This document shows, one piece after another, positions 10,701-20,162 of a DNA stretch of 64,000 nucleotides. Under the pieces are notes generated by a model. That model did not search any database. It was not told the DNA's origin and saw only the letters and a program-made list of their open reading frames with translations. The position numbers and the translations under genes were made by a program. The stretch's first letter is position 1. Each line of letters starts with the position of its first letter. Source of the DNA: Candidatus Bathyarchaeota archaeon (GTDB lineage Archaea; Thermoproteota; Bathyarchaeia; Bathyarchaeales; Bathycorpusculaceae); NCBI GenBank assembly GCA_963826715.1, contig CAWGYA010000008.1:1056001-1120000 (forward strand), in the 5' to 3' direction.

Positions 10701-10895
10701 ATACCTGACTTGAAGACCATTGCCGAGTGTCTTCACGATTGGGCAAAAGAACTACCGTTAATGGGTGCCCTTGTTGAGTTGATAAAAAAAATGGCAAATT
10801 TCGCCCTAACAATATTTATTCAAAGCGCATTCTTTAAGCAAATTTGTTCAAAGCTCTTATAAACACTCAAGACATAATACTCTTGGTGTGTTAAA

Positions 10896-11150
10896 TTGTC
10901 TAGTTTTGATGAAGAAATCAAAAAACAAAAAAGAATGACCACGCAACTAGCCGTCGACGAAGTAAATAATTGGATTAAAACTATGCCAGTCGAGAAAAGA
11001 AAACAAGTTGTAGCTGCTGTAGGAACAAGATCATTTACCCCCGAACAATTAGCCAAGGAAATACAAGACGAAACCGAATACGGCAAGAAACTTGTAACAA
11101 TGATTAACCGACTCCGAATTGAAATCACAAAAAAACCGGAGGAACAATGA
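10896..11150 (+). CDS. Small helical hypothetical protein upstream of protease
   Basis: 84-aa ORF with TTG start after a GGTG SD-like site; stop 1 nt before the next ATG. Confidence 0.8.
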   Translation: MSSFDEEIKKQKRMTTQLAVDEVNNWIKTMPVEKRKQVVAAVGTRSFTPEQLAKEIQDETEYGKKLVTMINRLRIEITKKPEEQ

Positions 11151-11151
11151 T

Positions 11152-11955
11152 ATGTCAGCTAAAAATCTGAGAAGAGTTGTTGCGAAACCAGTTTTGGCAA
11201 CTTCAACTGCGAAAGTCTCCGTAGCTAACCCCAACTTATTGCTTTCAGACAAGCTGATAATTAGCAAACTGAAACTTTGGTGGACAACCAAAAACTTGCT
11301 TATAATTCGCCCAAAATTCCCAAACGACGGTTACACCGGCAGTTTCTCGTTCCAAGCCTGTGAATTAGTTAAAAATAAAGCCATCGCAGAAGGATGGACC
11401 GTTACAGACTTGCAGATAAACAATGCTAACCGAGCTAATGTAACTCAAACAATCAATACTAAACCATTTGACTTCGTAATCCACTACGACCACGGCGGAG
11501 ACTTCGTTATGTGCGGACAAAACAACAATCAATTCGAAAACGCAATCGACAATAATAACGTGGATCTGCTCAAAGGCAAAGCAGCAAGCACTGTTTCATG
11601 TGATACTGCGATAGGACTGGGACCTTTAGCTGTAACTTCAGGTGCACGAGCCTACTTGGGCTATCATGATTTGCACTGGGTTTATTTTGCTTGGACAGGA
11701 CAATTTACTGAAGCATCAAACGCAGCAAACTACGCATTACTGGAAGGCAAAACCTTCCAAGACGCATTCAACATAGCATACAATGTATACACACAAAAAT
11801 ACCAGCAGATTCTCAATGGAGGCGACACACTTGCGGCATCAGCCATGCTGCATAACAGAAATTGCTTAACCCTGCTTGGCGACCCAAACGCAAAGGCAAT
11901 CGGCAGACACTCAATTTTCGAATTAATAAAACCAATTGCAATAACTAATCCATAA
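11152..11955 (+). CDS. Caspase-hemoglobinase-fold cysteine protease (peptidase C25/gingipain-like)
   Basis: FVIHYDHGG (His-Gly), STVSCDTA (Cys), AYLGY, C-terminal LLGDP; GGAGG SD before ATG 11152. Confidence 0.75.
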   Translation: MSAKNLRRVVAKPVLATSTAKVSVANPNLLLSDKLIISKLKLWWTTKNLLIIRPKFPNDGYTGSFSFQACELVKNKAIAEGWTVTDLQINNANRANVTQTINTKPFDFVIHYDHGGDFVMCGQNNNQFENAIDNNNVDLLKGKAASTVSCDTAIGLGPLAVTSGARAYLGYHDLHWVYFAWTGQFTEASNAANYALLEGKTFQDAFNIAYNVYTQKYQQILNGGDTLAASAMLHNRNCLTLLGDPNAKAIGRHSIFELIKPIAITNP

Positions 11956-12093
11956 AACTCCACCATATCACCTTCTTTTTTTATTAAAAAAGGCACTGCC
12001 AGACTTTGAGTTTAATTCTCAAAATTAATTAAGTATTAAAAAACAAAAAAAGAAAGTATAGGATAAACTACTGACTTTGATTTTAAGCGGGTG

Positions 12094-14091
12094 TTAAGGT
12101 GTTAAAGCGAAGGCTATGGCGCGTGAAGCGTCGTATTGACTTTGACGTGAAAATCCATTGATTGCCCGTGCTGCAACGTACAAGTGAACGGCAAAAGCGG
12201 CGCTTGGACATGTTCCCAGAAGGTTCGCAACGGTGTCTTTATAGATGAACGCAGAAACTGCTACAGCCCCTGAAGTGCTATAGACACCGTTTGGTCCTTT
12301 GATGATTCCAAAAGAGTAGTCTGCCATGAGCGTTGAATGAGAAGCAACATAGACTATCTGAACAAAATCGTTTTTATTATTGAATTTAAGCATTCCACAT
12401 TGGTTCGCTGCCACGCCTGCAACAGTTGGCATGTCTATTGAAGCAACACATTTGTTATTGTCGACTAGAATTTTTAGAGATTTAGTCTGCAAAACCACGC
12501 CAACTGCATTGGTGAAGTCAATTTTGATCGTGTGCAAGCCATTAGTTAATGATGCACTATCCAATATCATGCCCAAGTCAGTGTTCATGAAAAAGTCGCC
12601 TAACTGATGGATTGCAAAGTACCCCGGTTGATTATTTATGACGCTGGGGATAAAATGAATTGGGATTTCATATTTGCCATTGATTGTGTTTAGCTTAAGA
12701 TCCCACCATGTATCAAATCGCAAAGTGCCATCGACAAATACACGATAGAGACGCACTCCGCTTTGCCAGGATAACAGTTGATTGATTTGCAGCGATAGAA
12801 CGCCTCCGAATGGAACGTTCTTGGCAAATTGGTAAGGGTACACTGGTTGTGTTGTTGTATCAACTTTTCCGGCCGCATTAACAAGGTTCCACGGTACTAA
12901 GCCTATTCCCTTGAAGAGTCCGGAAGAGACAAATCCACCTAGAATGTTAATGAGGTCAATTTCCCGGTCTGAACAAATCAATATATGCATGGTGTCAATG
13001 CAAGCGACGCTTGAAGGACGAACTCCGACGGTGTCGGGCAGATGCCGAACACTACCGGGGCGAGGCATCGTGTCCACCAATGTTATGCGGTTTGCGGGGT
13101 CTCGTTCAGGCAAGATGATGGTTGTTTGTGCAGAGTCTAGCCATGTTAGGAAGAAAGGATTAGTCAACCCTGACGCAATTGTTATAGGAACTCCGCCTTG
13201 CAGTGAATACCGAGTGATTCGGCCGCCACCTGACTGCTCACTTATGTAAGCGAAGGATAGGTCCGAAGACACTAACAACCCAACTGGATTGTTTAGTCCG
13301 TTTAGTAGAACGGTTTTTTGTAGAGTATTCAAGTCTACTCTTATGAGTCTCCCTGGATTTGAGTATTCTACAACATATGCCTGATGATGAGTCTCATCAA
13401 GGAATATTTGCTGAGGCGCTACCAACCCTGAGGCTAAGACAACTGCGGCTGGACGGTTAGCGTTTGTTAAGTCTACTCTGAGCAAATTTCCTATGCGCTC
13501 TGTTACGTAGGCGGTTTTCTCGTCGCTGCTTATGGCGATGTCTTCTGGGTTAGCATAACCTGTTCCAATTGTGTGATACGGACTTGCAAGTTTATAGGTG
13601 ACCCACTCAATGGTTATATCGTATCCGTATTGGACGACCCGAATTTTTGCGACGTTTCCATCTTTAGTTTTAACTGCAAAAACATCGTTATTAACAAGCT
13701 GATTTGATGCGTCGTTGTTGCCTATGATTGAAGTATTACTATAAGTCAAGGCCTGCAACGCTACGGGAGTTAAAGTGGCAAAGTTAATGTTTCCTAAATT
13801 GATGATGTTAGCTCCGCCGGCTGGAACCATCTTCCTATTAACTTGGTCGATTTGTTCCCACCAAATATCGCCCGGACCGTTCAAGTTCCCACTTAAGGTC
13901 CCTGTCTCACAGTCAAACACCCATGTACCTTTCAACACGGTAGTTCCTGAAGATAAAACTGAACTAGGACGAATCATGTCCAAGAGACTGACTGTGCCTT
14001 TGGAGTATTCTACAAATAATAGTTGATTTCGTTTAGAAAGAAAACGGCACCCAATAGCAGCGCCCACTCCACTCATCAATTTAGTTGTCAT
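12094..14091 (-). CDS. NHL/SMP-30-like beta-propeller protein with inserted beta domain and C-terminal beta-sandwich domains
   Basis: Repeated blade motifs GYANPEDIAI, GLVAPQQIFL, GLNNPVGLLV, GLTNPFFLTW; no obvious signal peptide. Confidence 0.75.
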   Translation of the reverse strand: MTTKLMSGVGAAIGCRFLSKRNQLLFVEYSKGTVSLLDMIRPSSVLSSGTTVLKGTWVFDCETGTLSGNLNGPGDIWWEQIDQVNRKMVPAGGANIINLGNINFATLTPVALQALTYSNTSIIGNNDASNQLVNNDVFAVKTKDGNVAKIRVVQYGYDITIEWVTYKLASPYHTIGTGYANPEDIAISSDEKTAYVTERIGNLLRVDLTNANRPAAVVLASGLVAPQQIFLDETHHQAYVVEYSNPGRLIRVDLNTLQKTVLLNGLNNPVGLLVSSDLSFAYISEQSGGGRITRYSLQGGVPITIASGLTNPFFLTWLDSAQTTIILPERDPANRITLVDTMPRPGSVRHLPDTVGVRPSSVACIDTMHILICSDREIDLINILGGFVSSGLFKGIGLVPWNLVNAAGKVDTTTQPVYPYQFAKNVPFGGVLSLQINQLLSWQSGVRLYRVFVDGTLRFDTWWDLKLNTINGKYEIPIHFIPSVINNQPGYFAIHQLGDFFMNTDLGMILDSASLTNGLHTIKIDFTNAVGVVLQTKSLKILVDNNKCVASIDMPTVAGVAANQCGMLKFNNKNDFVQIVYVASHSTLMADYSFGIIKGPNGVYSTSGAVAVSAFIYKDTVANLLGTCPSAAFAVHLYVAARAINGFSRQSQYDASRAIAFALTP

Positions 14092-14316
14092 AAATAAAAC
14101 CTCTAACTAATGCCATAGCTCACCCAAATAGTTAAGTCTTTTTACTCCATACACCAACAAAAATCAGATTCATTTTCTCCTAGATTCCCAAATTACCTTC
14201 ATTTAAAAACTACAAGATAACATAGCGTTTAGCCAGTTAAAATCGATCTAAATAAACAAAAAATGTGGTGTATAGATGTGTGTGAAGGAAAGTTTCAATT
14301 TAGGGGGTAGAAAAAG

Positions 14317-14709
14317 TTGGAATTTGTCACTCGACACTTAGAATTGTTAAAGCTCGAAGGATTAGGCTTTTCTCAAGCCGAGATTGTGAAGGAATTGAGA
14401 CAAAAATTCACATGTACTGAACGTGCAGTTTACTATGATTTTGAACCCCGTGCAGTTTGGCAGCCTGCTCTTCAGAGCTTAATTAATCCTGACGCCGTCT
14501 TGCTAAAGGTGGTCAATAGATATGAGCAGATTTATCGTGAAGCCAGCATTCGACTGCTTACCTTCCAAAACGTGTTGGGACAGCTTGGTGCATTGAATAT
14601 CATGCTAAAGGTTAATTCGCTTTTGGATGAAACGGCTGTTTCGCCGGAAGTGCTTGGTCGCTTAAAGCAGTTAGAAGATAAATCGAAGAAAGGAGTATTT
14701 GTACCTTGA
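14317..14709 (+). CDS. HTH protein of mobile-element backbone (terminase small subunit-like)
   Basis: N-terminal HTH GFSQAEIVKEL..CTERAVYYD followed by helical body; function is inference. Confidence 0.55.
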   Translation: MEFVTRHLELLKLEGLGFSQAEIVKELRQKFTCTERAVYYDFEPRAVWQPALQSLINPDAVLLKVVNRYEQIYREASIRLLTFQNVLGQLGALNIMLKVNSLLDETAVSPEVLGRLKQLEDKSKKGVFVP

Positions 14710-15000
14710 AGATATGGCAACTAAACAAGCGAATAAACAAACTTTCAGGGTAATTAGCAGATTCTCCAAAGACTGAAACAACTATCGATTGGAATTGCCT
14801 GAGCGAACCCGAACGTCAACTCTTGACAAAAGTTGAAGAAATAATCAACCAGTATGCCCCTGCACAACCACCAAAAGACATCATCAAAAAGTACGCTGAT
14901 CTTGGAACAAGGGCTTGGAGATATTTGGTAGACGCGCAATTGAACTCTTTGTCGATGTTGTACTAGACTATTTTTGTTGTGATGAGCTTGAAGCGTGGTG
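14706..15000 (+). pseudogene. Degraded backbone hypothetical gene
   Basis: TTG overlaps upstream TGA; MKIWQLNKRINKLSG*LADSPKTETTIDWNCLSEPERQLL with internal TAA (14751) and a later frameshift. Confidence 0.6.
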
Positions 15001-15002
15001 CC

Positions 15003-15435
15003 AAATCAATCGGTGCGGCAAATGTCTATGGACACTGTTTCGGCAATATCATTACTAAACAGTAGTTTAGGTGCAGGGATCAGATGCTATGTTGCTATCT
15101 ACCAAAATAAGCCAATAGCCTTCATAGCCGTAGCCTGCACCAAAATAAAAACAAATATTATCGCGTAAGCCGGTTAGTAGTTCTCCCCGACTATCAAGGC
15201 ATAGGCGTCGGAAAACGTCTCCTCAACTTTATAGCAGACCTATACTGCACACAGACCAAATTATCCTTCCTACTAGTCACAAGCAACCCCCAACTTACAC
15301 GAGGAACTCGAAGGATGGAAACTAACTCGATTTGGTCATGCAAGCAGAGGCAGAGGAAACACACGGATAAATAATGAGATCCGAAATAGCTTAAGTCGAA
15401 AACGCATAACCGTTTCCCTGCAATGTATTCTGTAA
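15003..15435 (+). pseudogene. GNAT acetyltransferase remnant (copy 1)
   Basis: LWTLFRQYHY / LGAGIRCYVAIYQNKPIAFIAV / YRVSRLVVLPDYQGIGVGKRLL acetyl-CoA motif, with frameshifts. Confidence 0.8.
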
Positions 15436-15820
15436 TTTCTGGTCTATTTTCATGTAGGTGACGATGGTAACATGCGTTGTGTGTTCCCTCTTTTCTTTAA
15501 AACGATTACTGCTATGACGATGACTACAACAAAGGCAACAACTGTTATCGCATAGGTATTCGGTTGGCGTGAATAAGGTTCCGGGGCTGACATTTACTCA
15601 AACTATTTTCTTCAAATCATTGACCTTAATAGAAATGACGATCCGAGAAAAAATGTGCATTCACGAATTAAACAGCGAGGACTTGTGCAGAAAACCTTTT
15701 TTCAGTTTAAATTACGAGAATTCAAGCAATACCCTGAGAGCCCAGTATATTAAAAATTAATATATAATATGCTGTATTGTTAAGTATGATTCGGGTTACA
15801 CAAAAATGGAGGTGATGTTT

Positions 15821-16066
15821 TTGGCAGAAGAAGAGAAAATTTCAACATCAATTAAGATGCTTTCTGAAATTCAAAGATTGGCTAAAGATGCAAAGGCTAA
15901 ATCAGTAACTGTGGAGCTCCATAATTTTGAAGGCCAACCATTCAAAGTTGTAACAAGACCAGGTGGATTAGTCGCTGATTGGGGCGTGGGCGGAGTAAAC
16001 AGCATTAACTTAGGCGAAAAAGTCGTTAGACCAGCAACTAAAATCAAGCGCGTTATAGGAAGATAA
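15821..16066 (+). CDS. Putative RiPP precursor peptide (81 aa)
   Basis: GGAGGTGA SD at 15808-15815 before TTG; directly upstream of RRE-rSAM-SPASM gene; Gly-rich Trp-containing segment PGGLVADWGVGG. Confidence 0.65.
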   Translation: MAEEEKISTSIKMLSEIQRLAKDAKAKSVTVELHNFEGQPFKVVTRPGGLVADWGVGGVNSINLGEKVVRPATKIKRVIGR

Positions 16067-16084
16067 AACATAAACAGAGCACAA

Positions 16085-16122
16085 CCTATTAGAAAAAAAA
16101 CGTTTTCCCCTTTTTCCTAATA
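16085..16122 (+). terminator. Imperfect AT-rich inverted repeat / T-tract between precursor and maturase
   Basis: TATTAGAAAAAAAA...TTTTTCCTAATA with pyrimidine tracts. Confidence 0.35.
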
Positions 16123-16152
16123 ATTCTCTTAAAAGAACTTGATTAAGATAAA

Positions 16153-17472
16153 ATGAAAAACGAGAATAGTACGGCTATGCAAATGGTTAAGCTTGACCCA
16201 AAAATAATAGTTCGAGAAGAATCACAGTGCTATCTTCTCTACAACGGCCAGAACCTTGGATTGATAAGTGTATCAAAAGAAGCTTATGATAGATGCATCA
16301 TACAAAATAGGTGTGGAAACGAAGATAATAAATTTCGGAATTGGCTTTTCAAAAATAATTTCCTAACTGAAAAACCCATTAGCCACACTAAAGAACATAA
16401 AAATCAACTCGGCGATGATGTTCCTCAAACAGCCTCAACTTTTTACGATATAAAAAGCGAGCGAAGCCCGCTCAACATTTTATGGGCTCTTTCACCCAAA
16501 TGCAATCTTAGCTGCATCTATTGCTTTCCTGATGCTAAATCACACAAATCAAAAGAAAATAACATTACAAAAAAGAAATTGAAAAAAATCGCAGATAAAA
16601 TAATTGAAGCAAAAACGTTAAAAATCACACTCACAGGCGGCGAATGCCTGTTATTAAAAGACTTATGGGATATAATTAAAAAACTAAAAGATGCTGGAAT
16701 AACCGTTGCAATTTTAACCAACGGAATATCTATTCCAAAAGAGGCACTGCAGAAAATTAAGAAGTACGAACTTTTCGTCGGTATTAGCCTTGATGGTCCA
16801 AATGAAGATATTAATAGCTTAACAAGAGGACTTTTTGCTTTTGAAAAAACAATAAATACAATTACTAATTTGTTAGAAAATTTCATACCTACAACAGTTA
16901 TGGTGACCGTAACTCGACACAATTTCTCTGAACTCGAAAAACTCACCGAATTATTATCAAAAATGGGGGTTTTAGCAATCACTCTACAAGATCTGAGACC
17001 ATTTGCAACCAAGGAAGAATATGATAAACTAAGATTAACTGCTTTTCAAGAAAGGAACCTTAAAGACACATTGAATCGTTTAATTACCAACTTTCCAAAA
17101 ATTTTCTTTAGCACCAGCGAGCTAATGATATTTGACAAACAAAATGTAAATGGAAAAATGATGCAGTGCCCTGCAGGTGACAACTTTGCATATATCGACT
17201 TTTATGGCGATTTATTCCCTTGCACGTCTCTTCCAACATTTAAACTTGGTAATCTTCTGGGAAACTATAACATTTCAGAATTATGGCAAAATTCAGTATC
17301 CATAAAAATACTCAGAGATATTAAGAAACTCCCCATAGAAAACCTCCCTGAATGCAAATCATGCCAAAACAAATGTATCTGCGATGGCGGTTGCAGAGGT
17401 GATGCATTATTTTACAACGATAATTTATTTGGATCACCATCTCGTTGCCCAAAAGTATTGAGGAACTTGTGA
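16153..17472 (+). CDS. Radical SAM/SPASM peptide maturase with probable N-terminal RRE (PqqD-like) domain
   Basis: CNLSCIYC, LTGGE, SLDG; SPASM CPAG..GDLFPC..CKSCx5CDGGC..C; ~100-aa N-terminal extension LDPKIIVREE..YLLYN. Confidence 0.9.
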   Translation: MKNENSTAMQMVKLDPKIIVREESQCYLLYNGQNLGLISVSKEAYDRCIIQNRCGNEDNKFRNWLFKNNFLTEKPISHTKEHKNQLGDDVPQTASTFYDIKSERSPLNILWALSPKCNLSCIYCFPDAKSHKSKENNITKKKLKKIADKIIEAKTLKITLTGGECLLLKDLWDIIKKLKDAGITVAILTNGISIPKEALQKIKKYELFVGISLDGPNEDINSLTRGLFAFEKTINTITNLLENFIPTTVMVTVTRHNFSELEKLTELLSKMGVLAITLQDLRPFATKEEYDKLRLTAFQERNLKDTLNRLITNFPKIFFSTSELMIFDKQNVNGKMMQCPAGDNFAYIDFYGDLFPCTSLPTFKLGNLLGNYNISELWQNSVSIKILRDIKKLPIENLPECKSCQNKCICDGGCRGDALFYNDNLFGSPSRCPKVLRNL

Positions 17473-17478
17473 TAGACT

Positions 17479-18483
17479 TTGTTTAGCTCATACATCTTCA
17501 GAGTCACAAACTTATGCGATAAGAGATGCCCAACCTGTTGTTGTGATACAGGCCTTAATGCTATTAACCCTGAGAAATTTAGAAAAAAAATAGTGGAGAT
17601 TTCAGACTTCTTCCACAACAACCCAGACAAAGAATGCTTCATATTCCTAACGGGCGGCGAGCCTTTTTTTTACCGTAGCAAAAATAATAATGGAAAAATT
17701 TTGAATATCGCTGATATTGTTCAACTTATCAAAACGCTCATTCCTGCGTCAAAAATCATAATTAAAACCAGTGGATGGGAGAAGAACGATACGTTGGATA
17801 ATTTAGTTTCTTTGATTGAAAGTAATAGTGAAGCTTCCCCTGTTGAAGTAAGGTTAGGCTTTAACTTATTCCAAAAACTTGGTGTCAATGCCGAAAATAG
17901 ATTAAATCACATGCTATCTTTGCTTTTGAATTTTCAGCCTTCAGTAGTTGTTGAAACGATATACAATAAAGAAAACAAAGAGCAAACACTTAGAATTATT
18001 GGGAAATCTTTATCTAAATTCTCAAAGAATTTCGAGAAATTCGGTAATGCATTGTCAAGTCCCAGCGAAGGCTACATTGTTGATTTTCCTTTTACTATTT
18101 TGACTAAAGACAATTTTGAAAACAAAGGGGCAATTGAAAAAAGAATTAGCCTTTGGACCATGCCAGCGCATTCAGGAAAATCAAAAAAACAGGGCGAAGA
18201 GTATTTTGATTGTAAAAACTCTGGAATTTGCGCTAATATTAAATTTGGGCCCAATCAGATTATGTATAATACGGACTTGTCATTTCACCATTGCAATGAT
18301 GCGTTTGCAGATTTTTCGTATCCTGCATTTGCTTCAAAAAGTGATTGGACAATTGAAGATGAGTTTCTATTTCTTAATAAGAAATTCAGTAAAGTAAGGC
18401 GTTGCATAGATAGAAAAGTGATGTTCTTTAATTCAAAGAATGAGCAATGTATTTTATGCTCAAAATTAATCCATGAAGGCTAA
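17479..18483 (+). CDS. Second radical SAM protein with Cys-containing C-terminus
   Basis: RVTNLCDKRCPTCCC (CxxxCxxC), FLTGGEPF, IKTSGW; C-terminal Cys residues including CILC; starts 6 nt after upstream stop. Confidence 0.85.
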   Translation: MFSSYIFRVTNLCDKRCPTCCCDTGLNAINPEKFRKKIVEISDFFHNNPDKECFIFLTGGEPFFYRSKNNNGKILNIADIVQLIKTLIPASKIIIKTSGWEKNDTLDNLVSLIESNSEASPVEVRLGFNLFQKLGVNAENRLNHMLSLLLNFQPSVVVETIYNKENKEQTLRIIGKSLSKFSKNFEKFGNALSSPSEGYIVDFPFTILTKDNFENKGAIEKRISLWTMPAHSGKSKKQGEEYFDCKNSGICANIKFGPNQIMYNTDLSFHHCNDAFADFSYPAFASKSDWTIEDEFLFLNKKFSKVRRCIDRKVMFFNSKNEQCILCSKLIHEG

Positions 18484-18659
18484 CGAAGATCTCCCATAAA
18501 ACCTGAAGTCTCAAGAACATCTTTGAGAAAGAAATGGGGTTTTAAGGAAAAAAGATCTGCTCCAGCTACCCCCGCTGGCTCCTTCAATGCCACACCCCCA
18601 CTGCTCGAAAAGTCAAGGCGGGAAAACTTGGTTGATACTTCATGCTTTGGGCACACCAT

Positions 18660-18840
18660 TCCTATGGACGTTGTTTCGGCAGTATCATTATCTAAATGTC
18701 AAACTCGACGCAGGAGTTCGGTGCTACGTTGCCTTCTACCAAAACAAGTCAGTAGCATTCATGGCTGTTGTGTGTACCAAAATGAAAAGAAAATATTATC
18801 GAGTTAGTCGTTTAGTTGTGCAACCTGATTATCAAGAATC
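18660..18840 (+). pseudogene. GNAT acetyltransferase remnant (copy 2), truncated
   Basis: LWTLFRQYHYLNVKLDAGVRCYVAFYQNKSVAFMAV..YRVSRLVVQPDYQ, breaks off before the GxGxG motif. Confidence 0.75.
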
Positions 18841-19107
18841 CTTCAATATTCAAGCAAGTAATCTTCCATTAGAATTAAATTAAACCATGTGGCAAGTTAC
18901 TCTTTTTATATATTGGCTCTGTTTGGGGCTAAACAAGAATAAACAATGGGCTGAATATTTTAAGGATTGATTAAGGTTGGAAATAGAGCAGCAAACATGA
19001 TTATGGCTAAATAAAAAACCAGTAATCCAAAAAAAGCCGCTTCCATTTGCCTTCTTTGTTTTTGATTGTGTACCCGGAATCAAAAATGATCATTAGAATG
19101 AAAGATA

Positions 19108-19689
19108 ATGCGAAAAAGATGTCGAGAGAGGAACCGAACCTACTTTCATCTAATGAATAGAAAAGGCTTGTCAAACCTGAATTTTCCGAAAAAGAAGTCA
19201 ATAATGATTCTGAATTCCAGCGATTGCTGGGAACAAACAAAGTCAAAGAACCGTTGGTTACTATGGAAAGATAAAAGTGGAATTGGAAGGATAATGTGGT
19301 TTGAATCCGGTAACGTTAATTTGCATATTAAGAGCTTTGTTCATTTAGGTAAGGTAAAACAGCTTGTTTGCAATGGGTTTATTTTTACAGGGCTAATCTT
19401 TGATGATAGGGTTATGCTGTAGGTAATAGAATCAATCAAGCCTTCTGGTGCTCACTACGTTTTTGACGTGGGCGCTGCGCTTCCTAGAAAAACAATTACT
19501 TACTTTGAAAAAAGCCATGGTTTAACAATAAAAATTGGAGATAAAAGTCACCCGACCGCAGTGGAGGTAGAATCCCATGTTCCTGATTGGGCTGAGAGGT
19601 TAACCCTTTCTTTTGAAAAGATAGCTGAAGCATTTAGCTCGAACACTTATGAAAAAGATTCTGCCAAGAAACCCGACTATCTAGTTTAA
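19108..19689 (+). pseudogene. Backbone hypothetical gene interrupted by in-frame TAG
   Basis: ORFs 19108-19422 and 19468-19689 are in the same frame, separated only by TAG 19420-19422 and 15 sense codons. Confidence 0.7.
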
Positions 19690-19836
19690 TGCTTTCTGTT
19701 CAGCTGTGGAATAGTGATTTTGTCTTTTGATTTTCAAATCTCCCGGGATTCTATTTGTTTCAAATCTGTTTCAGTTTTGTTTCAGCCAACTGCCATAAGC
19801 CTCCATGACCATATTAGTATATGGTGATAAAATAAA

Positions 19837-20135
19837 ATGAACACAAAAGTAATAATTGCACTCGTCGCGGTCACGGCGCTTGCTCTAGCCGCAGTTGGAC
19901 TGGCAGCAGCCCAAATAGCTCAAAACCAAACCGTTCCCGGCGCAGACCCCAACACGGTCCCTGCTGAAGGATTTTGGGGCTGGATAGGCAACTGCTTTGG
20001 ATACAGAGCAGCAGAACCCTATCAAGGACAATATGTCGCTCCACCAACAGCTGATAACGTACCCGCACAAGAACCATACAAGGCGGCTACGGCTACGCAT
20101 ACGGCTATGGATATGGTCCTTGCTGGGCAAGATAA
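19837..20135 (+). pseudogene. Small secreted/membrane protein with Gly-Tyr-rich tail, frameshifted near 20079
   Basis: Signal peptide ..LAAAQ; -1 frame gives QGGYGYAYGYGYGPCWAR* (TAA 20133-20135) followed by a T-tract. Confidence 0.65.
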
Positions 20136-20162
20136 ACAACAATTTTTTTCTCTTTTTTGATT

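Noticed and set aside
10558-10862. ORFs 10558-10812 (-) and 10602-10862 (+)
   Set aside because: Shadow frames over the EEP pseudogene; no recognisable motifs.
15821-17472. PQQ, mycofactocin or sactipeptide assignment
   Set aside because: Peptide lacks ExxxY, the mycofactocin C-terminal motif and any Cys; no partner genes present.
18523-18883. ORFs 18523-18807 and 18587-18883 as intact tailoring genes of the rSAM cluster
   Set aside because: The GNAT similarity is truncated before the acetyl-CoA motif and has unrelated ends; it is a backbone remnant.
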